From Campylobacter sp. (GTDB lineage Bacteria; Campylobacterota; Campylobacteria; Campylobacterales; Campylobacteraceae), in the NCBI GenBank assembly GCA_030532465.1, contig JAUNLC010000006.1, positions 1-60,777 of the forward strand: a DNA stretch of 60,777 bases. Reading direction: 5' to 3'. The notes under the pieces were generated by a model. The model saw only the letters and a program-made list of their open reading frames with translations, did no database searches and was not told where the DNA came from. This document shows, one piece after another, positions 52,868 through 60,659 of the stretch. Made by a program: the position numbers and the translations under genes. Each line of letters opens with the position of its first letter. Within the stretch, counting starts at the first letter, position 1.

Positions 52868-53564
52868 GTCTATTTAGCCTCTCTTCAAGCTTTTTGGCTA
52901 GATACGAAAAAATTTTAACGCTTGTGTAGTAAACTACGCCCGCAAAAATAAGCGGCTTTGGGTTGTAAAGCACGGATTGAAAGCTTCTGCTTTGCATCGT
53001 GATGTCGGCTACGCTTATAAAGCCTACTATAGAAGTCTCTTTAAAAAGAGATATAAACTCGTTTGCAAGGGCAGGTAGGATGTTTTTAGTAGCTTGCGGG
53101 ATGATGATTTGCCCCATCGAGGTTGAGTAATCAAGCCCCATAGCGCGAGCCGCTTCCATTTGACCCCTATCCACGCTTGATATGCCGCTTCTAACGATCT
53201 CGGCAACGTACGCGGAGCTATTTAGTCCAAGAGCTACGATAGCTGCGTATAAATTTTCAAACGAAACCAAAATGATAAAAGCGAAAACCATAAGCTGAAG
53301 CATAAGCGGAGTGCCACGCAGGATGTCGATGTATTCGTCTATGATAAAAGTTAGCGGCTTGATCTTTAAAAAGCGCAAAAACGCAAGGAAAAATCCAAGC
53401 ACGATACCGATACTTATGCCGCCTGCGGTTAATATAAGCGTCGTTTTATAGCTTTGCAGATACGCTAAGCGCTGAGTTGCGTTTAGTTCGGTTGGATAGG
53501 TGAAGTAAACACCGACACAGACTATAGTTATGAAAAAAAGAAGTTTGAAAAATTTCTCGTTCAA
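52860..53564 (-). CDS. polar amino acid ABC transporter permease
   Basis: RGTPL, SAYVAEIVRSG, GQMEAA, KETS. Confidence 0.94.
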   Translation of the reverse strand: MNEKFFKLLFFITIVCVGVYFTYPTELNATQRLAYLQSYKTTLILTAGGISIGIVLGFFLAFLRFLKIKPLTFIIDEYIDILRGTPLMLQLMVFAFIILVSFENLYAAIVALGLNSSAYVAEIVRSGISSVDRGQMEAARAMGLDYSTSMGQIIIPQATKNILPALANEFISLFKETSIVGFISVADITMQSRSFQSVLYNPKPLIFAGVVYYTSVKIFSYLAKKLEERLNRHD

Positions 53565-53748
53565 CTTAGTTGCCTTTAATGAAACGTAAATGTCAAATAT
53601 ACAAAAAATTTGATATTTTTTTGCTTAATCCACGGCGTTTTGGTGTGAAATTTCCGCCCACGCAAGCAAATTTAAGAGCGTAAATTTTTAAATTTTAATA
53701 AATTTAATGTTACTATATCGCTTTAAATTTGTTAAAAAGGCTTGATTG

Positions 53749-55239
53749 ATGGAATTTAGCGCTTATTTAGCCATTGCTCTTTATTTTGGATTTTTACTAT
53801 TTGTGGGTAGGTATTCGTATAACAAAAATGCAAATATGGGCGAATATTTGCTGGATAATCGCCGTTTGGGTCCCGTTGTAACCGCACTTAGCGCGGGAGC
53901 TAGCGATATGAGCGGCTGGATGTTGCTTGGTGTGCCGGGAGCTCTTTATGCAACGGGTATCGCAAACGTCTGGATAGCTATCGGACTTACCATAGGGGCT
54001 TACTGCAACTACTTGTTTTTAGCCAAAAGGCTTCGCGTATATACCGAAGTTGCAAGCGATAGCATAACAATTCCTGATTTTTTAGAAAACCGTTTTAAAG
54101 ACAACACGAAAATTTTACGTATAGTTTCAGGAGTGGTTATACTCGTCTTTTTCACTCTTTACGTAAGTAGCGGCATCATCGCGGGCGGCAAGAGCTTTGA
54201 GAGCTTTTTTGGGCTTGATTTTAAGGTTGGAGCCGTATTTACGCTATTTATCGTTGTGTTTTATACATTTTTCGGCGGATTTAAAGCCGTTTGCATAACG
54301 GACGCATTTCAAGGCTCGCTTATGTTTTTAGTGCTTGTTTTAGTGCCTGTTGTGGCTTATTTTAATATACAAATTCCGGACTCGTCAAGCTTTTGGAGTG
54401 AGGTTAGCAAATACGGTGCTAACCATCTTGATCTTTTTCATAATCAGACATTTTTAAGCATACTCGGGCTTATGGCTTGGGGTCTTGGCTACTTCGGACA
54501 ACCTCATATCATAGTGCGTTTTATGGCGATAAGAAGCTCTACAGAGCTTGCTCAAGCACGAAGAATCGGTATCGGCTGGATGGCGCTAGGGTTAATCGGA
54601 GCTATCATGAGCGGACTTATCGGATTTGTCTACTATAGCCAGCTTGGCGAGCCGTTAAAAGATGCCGAAACGGTGTTTTTAAAACTTGGCGAAACGCTAT
54701 TTCATCCCTTTATCGTTGGAGTCATCATCTCTGCCGTGCTTTCGGCGATCATGAGTACGATTTCAAGCCAGCTTTTAGTAAGTGCAAGCTCAGTTACGAA
54801 AGATTTTATTCTCGCGTTTTATAAAAAAGAGATTGACGAAAAAGCCCAAGTTGCGTTTGGAAGATATGCCGTAGTTGCAGTTGCTCTGATAGCTACCATG
54901 TTGGCGTTTGCATCAACCGATACCGTTTTGGGCGTAGTCGGTAACGCTTGGGCGGGCTTTGGCGCCAGCTTTGGTCCCGTGCTTCTTTTTAGCCTTTATT
55001 GGAAGCGTATGAGCGCGCTTGCGGCGCTTGCGGGCATGATAGTAGGAGGAACTACCGTGCTTGCTTGGATTGGGTTTGGATTAAACGAGTATGTGTATGA
55101 AATTTTGCCCGGCTTTATCGCCTCAAGTATCGCTATAGTCGCTGTTAGCCTGTGGGGCGAGGCGATAGATAAGATGACAAACGAGCCAAATCAGCAAGTC
55201 GTTCAAGATGAATTTGAAAAGATGAAAACAAGGTTGTAG
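53749..55239 (+). CDS. putP: sodium/proline symporter
   Basis: ALSAGASDMSGW, WGLGYFGQPHI, AIMST, AWAGFGASFGP. Confidence 0.95.
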   Translation: MEFSAYLAIALYFGFLLFVGRYSYNKNANMGEYLLDNRRLGPVVTALSAGASDMSGWMLLGVPGALYATGIANVWIAIGLTIGAYCNYLFLAKRLRVYTEVASDSITIPDFLENRFKDNTKILRIVSGVVILVFFTLYVSSGIIAGGKSFESFFGLDFKVGAVFTLFIVVFYTFFGGFKAVCITDAFQGSLMFLVLVLVPVVAYFNIQIPDSSSFWSEVSKYGANHLDLFHNQTFLSILGLMAWGLGYFGQPHIIVRFMAIRSSTELAQARRIGIGWMALGLIGAIMSGLIGFVYYSQLGEPLKDAETVFLKLGETLFHPFIVGVIISAVLSAIMSTISSQLLVSASSVTKDFILAFYKKEIDEKAQVAFGRYAVVAVALIATMLAFASTDTVLGVVGNAWAGFGASFGPVLLFSLYWKRMSALAALAGMIVGGTTVLAWIGFGLNEYVYEILPGFIASSIAIVAVSLWGEAIDKMTNEPNQQVVQDEFEKMKTRL

Positions 55240-55241
55240 CT

Positions 55242-56492
55242 TTGAAAAATAGCATAAAATGCGCTAATTGCGGGCATGAGATCGATGTAAATTTAGCCCT
55301 TAAAAGAGAGCTTGAACTTGAATTTAATCAAAAAATGGCTTTACATCAGCGTGAATTTGAAAAGGAGCTTGAGGCAAAGCGAAGCGAGTATAAGGCGCAT
55401 TTTGAAGCCTTGAAGCAAAAGGAAAAAGAGTTTGAAAAGAGCTTGCAAGATGCTTTAAATTTAAAAAAGACAGAGCTTGAAAAAGAGCTAAAGAGCAAAT
55501 TTGAAAGTGAAAATTTAACCCTTATAAATTCGCTTAAAACCGAGCTTGAGGCAAAATCCAAGCAGGTTAGCGAGCTAAATTTAAAAACCGTAGAGATAGA
55601 AAAGCTTAAACGAGAAAAAGACGAGCTTGAATCGAGCATAAAAGCCAAGGCGGAGCTTGAGTTTAGCGCTAAACTATCGCAGGAAAAAGAGAGGATTCAA
55701 AAGCTGATCGAATCGCAAAACGAGCTTAAATTTCGCCAAAAAGATGAGCAGATGGAGGCTTTGAAAAAGCAGTTAAGTGAAGCTCAAAGGCGCATAGAGC
55801 AGGGCAGCCAGCAGCTTCAAGGAGAGGTGCAAGAGCTTGCTATCGAGGAGTGGCTCAGGCTTAAATTTCCGCTTGATGTGATAGAAGAGGTAAAAAAGGG
55901 CGCAAACGGCGCTGATTGTATGCAGATAGTAAATACAAGAGAGATGCAAAACTGCGGCAAAATTTACTACGAGAGTAAGCGAACGAAGAATTTTTCAAAC
56001 GAGTGGATAGAAAAATTTAAAGCCGATATGCGCTCAAGCGGCGCTGATGTGGGAGTGCTTGTGAGTGAAGCGCGCCCAAAGGATATGGAGCGGCTTGGGC
56101 TGGTTGATGGGGTTTGGGTCTGCTCGTATGAGGAGTTTAAAGCTCTTAGCTTTGTGCTTAGAAACGGGCTTATAGAGCTGAAATTTGCTAAAAATTTGAG
56201 TCAAAATCAAGGCGGCAAGATCGAGCTTTTATACGGCTATCTAACCGGCAATGAGTTTAAAATGCGAATCGAGGCTATCGTAGAGGGTTTCACTTCTATG
56301 CAAGAAGATTTGATAAAAGAGCAAAATGCGATGAAACGTATCTGGAAGAGTCGCGAAAAGCAGATAGAAAAGGTGCGAGATAACGCTATAGAGATGTTTG
56401 GCTCGATCAAAGGTATCGCGGGAAATGCTATCGGCGAGATAAAGAGGCTTGAGTTTGGTTTTGATGAAAGCGATGAGGTGGAAGACGAGTGA
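55242..56492 (+). CDS. DUF2130 protein (CxxC, long coiled coil, nuclease-like C-terminal domain)
   Basis: IKCANCG, SQQLQGEVQE, GAD, IYYESKRTK, W..K.K.D. Confidence 0.82.
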   Translation: MKNSIKCANCGHEIDVNLALKRELELEFNQKMALHQREFEKELEAKRSEYKAHFEALKQKEKEFEKSLQDALNLKKTELEKELKSKFESENLTLINSLKTELEAKSKQVSELNLKTVEIEKLKREKDELESSIKAKAELEFSAKLSQEKERIQKLIESQNELKFRQKDEQMEALKKQLSEAQRRIEQGSQQLQGEVQELAIEEWLRLKFPLDVIEEVKKGANGADCMQIVNTREMQNCGKIYYESKRTKNFSNEWIEKFKADMRSSGADVGVLVSEARPKDMERLGLVDGVWVCSYEEFKALSFVLRNGLIELKFAKNLSQNQGGKIELLYGYLTGNEFKMRIEAIVEGFTSMQEDLIKEQNAMKRIWKSREKQIEKVRDNAIEMFGSIKGIAGNAIGEIKRLEFGFDESDEVEDE

Positions 56493-56501
56493 AATTTAAG
56501 A

Positions 56502-56918
56502 TCAAATTTCACAAATTTGCTTAATCGTTTTAAAATTTAAGGTTAGATTATACGAAAATGCGTCTATAACTATGCCCGCATACTTTTCTTTTGAGGCTTC
56601 TAGTATGGCAAGATAGTTTTTAAGCTCTAAATTTAACACCTCTTGTTCGCTATCACTTCTCCATTTCATCATCTCTTCTTTGCTTGTAAAAGCCGGAAAA
56701 TAGCTTAGACCGCTCTCTTCATCTTCAAGAAGAATAAATTTTATATTTGAACCTTCTTCTTCATAAACCGCTTTGCCGTCAGGTTTTGCCAAGGCTTGAT
56801 TTATGATAACCGGCGCTATAAATTCCGCTTTTCTGAGCTCGTTTATAAGTTTATTTTCGTTTTTGTTGGTTGGATTATCCAAAAAATTTTGCATTGCTTT
56901 TGTTAAATTTGCACTCAT
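56502..56918 (-). CDS. SseB-family (N-terminal domain) protein
   Basis: LRKAEFIAPV, YFPAFTSKEEM..W, GIVIDAFS. Confidence 0.78.
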   Translation of the reverse strand: MSANLTKAMQNFLDNPTNKNENKLINELRKAEFIAPVIINQALAKPDGKAVYEEEGSNIKFILLEDEESGLSYFPAFTSKEEMMKWRSDSEQEVLNLELKNYLAILEASKEKYAGIVIDAFSYNLTLNFKTIKQICEI

Positions 56919-57004
56919 TTGATTACTCTTATTCTATAAATTTAAGAACAATTATACATTTTTAAAAATTTAAATCAAAATTTAGCGATAAATAAGCTTT
57001 GCAT

Positions 57005-57013
57005 TGTTATAAT
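57005..57013 (+). promoter_or_regulatory. extended -10 promoter of the tRNA
   Basis: TGTTATAAT about 20 nt upstream of the tRNA. Confidence 0.6.
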
Positions 57014-57034
57014 CACAACTTCAATTTAGCTAGT

Positions 57035-57111
57035 GGGTTCATAGCTCAGTTGGTTAGAGCATCCGGCTCATAACCGGATGGTCCCAGGTTCGAGTCCTGG
57101 TGAACCCACCA
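57035..57111 (+). tRNA. tRNA with CAT anticodon, most likely tRNA-Ile2 (lysidine); often annotated as tRNA-Met
   Basis: GGGTTCA/TGAACCC acceptor stem, CCGGCT-CAT-AACCGG anticodon arm resembling Ile2 tRNAs, GTTCGAG T-loop, CCA end. Confidence 0.93.
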
Positions 57112-57130
57112 TAACCTATTTTTTAAGTAA

Positions 57131-57231
57131 TCTTTAAGCTTCAAATCACATCAAATCACTTCACTAAAACACCTTAAATACGAACTTTAATCGCTTAAAC
57201 TCACTTCTTTAAGTATCAATTCACTTCAAAT
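57131..57231. repeat. 26-bp imperfect direct repeat containing TCACWTC units
   Basis: tctttaagcttcaaatcacatcaaat (57131-57156) vs tctttaagtatcaattcacttcaaat (57206-57231), 22/26 identical. Confidence 0.7.
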
Positions 57232-57251
57232 AAATTATAATCGGATTATGC

Positions 57252-57297
57252 TTTTATGTGTATGTGATATGTGTAAGTGAGCTACATACACATAAAA
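57252..57297. repeat. perfect 14-bp inverted repeat with an internal third copy of the core motif
   Basis: ttttatgtgtatgt (57252-57265) / acatacacataaaa (57284-57297); tatgtgtaagt at 57268-57278. Confidence 0.8.
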
Positions 57298-57330
57298 CTT
57301 GACAAAACAACGATTATAAGGGGCTTTGTT

Positions 57331-58501
57331 ATGGGTGGTAGAGTAAAGCCGATGAGCGATAAAGAATTAAAGGGCTTAAAATGCGAAAACGGCAAGAAGC
57401 TTAAACGTGTAAGTGTAGGCGGTGCGGATAACTTATACATCTATGTTTATCCATCAGAGCCAGGCATTAAACCCACTAAAGTATTTTATTTTAGACGTGG
57501 TGATACACAAAAGAAAATAGGCGAGTATCCATTTATTACCCTAGCGGAAGCAAGGGCGCAAGCGGTTTTAATGAAGCGTGACATACACATAAATAAAATT
57601 TCACATACACATATAACTTTTGGAAAAGCCACAGAACTATACTTAGAACACAAGCGAAAGATATTATCGGAAAACACCATTAAAAAAGAATTATCAAGAT
57701 TGAAATACTTAACCTATCTCAACAAAAAGAATATTAGAGATATAACTAAAGGCGATAAATGATAGTAAAGGCATAGGCGACAACCTCATCAGGACTAAAA
57801 ACCTTGCTAGCCAAATATTAGATTATATGATAGAACTTGACTATTTAGAGGTAAATGTGGCTAAGTCAATATCCAATTCTTTATTTGTAAAAAAGCCCGT
57901 TAAGCATCACTCGGCATTAATCGACAAAGACAGAATAAGAGATTTTATCAAGGCACTAAATGAAACGGAGGAGGGGACAGACTTTAACGTTAAAAACGCT
58001 TTGATTTTTTCTATTTTAACGGCTTCACGACGGGGCAATATAAGGCTTATTAAATGGGAAGAGATAGATTTTAAAAAAGGCACTTGGAGTGTGCAGGCTG
58101 AAAAGATGAAATCAAGGCGAATACACACTATCGGACTAAGCAGACAAGCTATCGAGATATTAAAGTTTCAGAGGCTCTTTAACCAGGGCGAATATGTTTT
58201 TACCGATAAAGGATTATCAGAAAACACGGTTAATAAATTTATACATCGTTTAGGCTTTAAAGGCGAGATGTCCGCTCACGGAGTAAGAACGATGTTTAGA
58301 ACGATATGCGAGCAATTTAAAAAAGATAGATTGATTGCCGAGAGATGTTTAGCTCATGCCGAACGTGATAAGTTAAATCAAGCCTACGACAGAAGCGAAA
58401 ACACTCCTGAAATGATAGAGCATAAGCGGGAATTACTTCAATGGTACGCGGATTATTTAAACGAGATAGAGCCGATAAAGATAGTAAGGATAGAGGAGTA
58501 G
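57331..58501 (+). pseudogene. P4-type tyrosine integrase, frameshifted at about 57755-57762
   Basis: Arm-binding domain (LYIYVYP, IGEYPFITLAEAR) in one frame; catalytic R (SRRGN), K (KMK), HGVR, LAH and AY in the +1 frame, which is open from 57746. Confidence 0.85.
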
Positions 58502-58504
58502 AGA

Positions 58505-59146
58505 GTGGCTGATTTAAATGTATTGCTTAGACAGCAAGAGAAAGAAATAATATTAGTAGATAGAATTTTAAAACACATAAAAGAGAACTATGCAAACGAA
58601 TATCCACAATTTAAAAGTGAGAATGGATTATATGAGATAAAAGAAAGCTTATCATTTTTAGACCGGTTTGACTTAAATAAAGACACAAATAGAATTACAA
58701 AAATTTTAACAACAATATCGCAATACTTTAACAACCTTAAAATTATAAGCGATAAAAAAAGACGCAAAAAGACTTATAACGACTATGCACGAAAAAAAAT
58801 AGAAAAGGCAATTGATACGTTACAAGATATACAGGAGTATTTATACGGCTTTCAAGAGTTAGATGAAGACGAGCGATATAATATTATTGGTAGGGAAAAA
58901 GACGTAAGTGATAGTATTGATAATTTAGTAGACGAGTTACATTATGAGCTATTTTTAATAAGGGATATGAGCGTTAATCCTACAAAGGCGAACAAGGCAT
59001 TTGATATTGGATTTAATACGGCTTTAAAAGGAACAAATGAATACAGCAGGCTATCACCGCTTGAACTAGGAAAGCGAGTTGCAGAAATAAGAATTACAAT
59101 AAGGCGAATTTTTAACAATAAACTAGAATATACCACCAAAAAATAA
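58505..59146 (+). CDS. hypothetical helical protein (element cargo)
   Basis: 213-aa ORF, GTG start after GAGGAG, 3 nt after the integrase stop; AT-rich. Confidence 0.7.
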   Translation: MADLNVLLRQQEKEIILVDRILKHIKENYANEYPQFKSENGLYEIKESLSFLDRFDLNKDTNRITKILTTISQYFNNLKIISDKKRRKKTYNDYARKKIEKAIDTLQDIQEYLYGFQELDEDERYNIIGREKDVSDSIDNLVDELHYELFLIRDMSVNPTKANKAFDIGFNTALKGTNEYSRLSPLELGKRVAEIRITIRRIFNNKLEYTTKK

Positions 59147-59152
59147 TTACTT

Positions 59153-59312
59153 AAAATTTCTTACATCGTTTTTGATGTAAGAAAAATATTTTATACATCA
59201 ATTTTAATGTAACTTTTTAAAAACTCACATTAACACTTGTGAAACTTTTTTATTTTATACATACGTTTCACTGCTAAAAATTTATTTCTAACATCGATTT
59301 TACCGCTACTTT
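59153..59312. repeat. degenerate tandem array of five 32-bp units
   Basis: ACAT at 59163, 59195, 59227, 59259 and 59291 (exact 32-bp period); unit 1 is a palindrome (tttcttacatc...gatgtaagaaa). Confidence 0.7.
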
Positions 59313-59445
59313 TGCACTATCTTTAAAAATAAAATCTAGCTATTATTTTCACTAAAAAGATGTGATTTTACATAAGCCGAAAGGCATAGAAAAAATTAGA
59401 CTATGATTGAAGCGTAAAAAATCAAAATAAAAGGAGTGACACAAA

Positions 59446-59670
59446 ATGGAAACACAAGAAGTATATTTAAAGCCGTCTGAGGTTTGTAAGTTATTAGGTA
59501 TAAGCAATAGCACGCTTACACGTATGAGAATGGAAGCACACAAGGACAAATTCAAACTCAAACTACCTTATATAAAAATTGGCGAGGTTACGAGATACCC
59601 AAAAAGTAAAGTTTTAGAAGCTTTAAATAATAGCCTAATGGATAGCGAGGGTAATCAATGCCAAAACTAA
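59446..59670 (+). CDS. AlpA/excisionase-like helix-turn-helix protein
   Basis: YLKPSEVCKLLGISNSTLTRMR...LPYIKIG..TRY; AAGGAG RBS. Confidence 0.85.
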   Translation: METQEVYLKPSEVCKLLGISNSTLTRMRMEAHKDKFKLKLPYIKIGEVTRYPKSKVLEALNNSLMDSEGNQCQN

Positions 59671-59894
59671 CCTTTAACGTAAGCCCTGAATGTTTTAGTG
59701 CAAATGATGAGGTTATACTAAAGGCTTTTAAACAGCACTTGCATAATTATAAAGTTAAAAGTATGGGGCAGGCTCCGCAAGAGCTTATCGATTGTGCTTT
59801 TGATCTATTTCACATCACACGCACACAGGCAAGAAGCATTAGACAGCTTGAAGTAAAGCTAGGTATTAGACCAGAGGAAAGAAAACCCGCTTAA
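59658..59894 (+). CDS. hypothetical protein (element)
   Basis: 78-aa ORF with GAGG RBS, overlapping the alpA-like gene. Confidence 0.65.
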   Translation: MPKLTFNVSPECFSANDEVILKAFKQHLHNYKVKSMGQAPQELIDCAFDLFHITRTQARSIRQLEVKLGIRPEERKPA

Positions 59895-59989
59895 CTTTTT
59901 ATAGGCTAAACGGGATAATTCAACGTCAGAAATTGAATTATACCCACCAGCCTTTAAAAGTCAAGTGTAACTATTTAAAGGATATACAA

Positions 59990-60223
59990 GTGAAATCTGC
60001 ACGAACCAATATGCAAATAATAGTAAAAATAATGTTAGAAAGAGGCGAGGTTACAGCCTCCGACATAGCACACATTAGTAACTCAAATCAGTATTTTGTA
60101 ACTTTGGAACGATTAAGAATAGCTGCCAGCAGATGGCATACAAGAGCTAACGGCACTAAATGCAAGATGAGGTTTATCAAAGACCGAGCAAAGGCTCTTA
60201 AATTTATCGGTGCTACAAAATGA
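59990..60223 (+). CDS. small winged-helix-like hypothetical protein (element)
   Basis: GTG start after AAGGA; MLERGEVTASDIAHISNSNQYFVTLE resembles wHTH; ORF track starts at 59933. Confidence 0.6.
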   Translation: MKSARTNMQIIVKIMLERGEVTASDIAHISNSNQYFVTLERLRIAASRWHTRANGTKCKMRFIKDRAKALKFIGATK

Positions 60224-60390
60224 AAAAGCGACTAGACAAAGAGCTAAAGAGGGCTAAATTAATAGCTTATGCGATAAGTGATTATATTCAGAAGCTAAAA
60301 GACAAAGCCCATATAAGAAAGAAAATAAATAGCATAGACCCATTTTATGGAACATTTTATGGAAGTGGAAAGCTAAAGGATAAAAAATGA
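60220..60390 (+). CDS. 56-aa basic hypothetical protein (element), below ORF-track cutoff
   Basis: MKKRLDKELKRAKLIAYAISDYIQKLKDKAHIRKKINSIDPFYGTFYGSGKLKDKK*; ATGA overlaps at both ends. Confidence 0.65.
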   Translation: MKKRLDKELKRAKLIAYAISDYIQKLKDKAHIRKKINSIDPFYGTFYGSGKLKDKK

Positions 60391-60659
60391 GTGATTACGA
60401 ACACTTAAAGCCTCTTATTAATCGTGATGTAGTGGCAAGCATTATTATAAGTTGTGGTTACTGCGTAGATAGAAGCTATAAATTTAAAATAAGAGATGAG
60501 CGAACACCAAGCGCAAGTATAGACCGTAACGGCTACGTTAAAGACTTTGGCGGAAGCTTTGGCGGCGACATATTCGCCTTTTTAAATGAGGTAGTAGGCT
60601 ACACGAAGCAAGAAGCCCTACAAATAGTTAAATATTCTTTAGGAGTAAGCGATGAGTAA
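60387..60659 (+). CDS. stand-alone primase N-terminal (CHC2-like) domain lacking the Cys/His ligands
   Basis: ERTPSASI...KDFGGSFGGDIFAFL...EALQIV matches the ExTPSF...CFGCGxGGDVIxF...EAV pattern. Confidence 0.7.
   Translation: MSDYEHLKPLINRDVVASIIISCGYCVDRSYKFKIRDERTPSASIDRNGYVKDFGGSFGGDIFAFLNEVVGYTKQEALQIVKYSLGVSDE

Noticed and set aside
57277-57330. ORF-track N-terminal extension of the integrase (GTG 57277)
   Set aside because: It overlaps the inverted-repeat control region; ATG 57331 has a purine-rich RBS and matches the usual integrase N-terminus
57760-57762. Integrase TGA as selenocysteine or readthrough
   Set aside because: The catalytic half is in a different frame and TAG follows the TGA immediately, so readthrough cannot restore it
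59153-59312. Possible CRISPR or mini-array
   Set aside because: The units abut with no unique spacers and are degenerate, and no cas genes are in the window; treated as an operator/iteron array
171-59561. Many antisense or alternate-frame ORFs in the track (e.g. 1097-1729, 15167-15466, 16120-16560, 35078-35830, 41711-42304, 59352-59561)
   Set aside because: They lie wholly over well-supported genes, lack RBS and motifs, and are typical shadow ORFs
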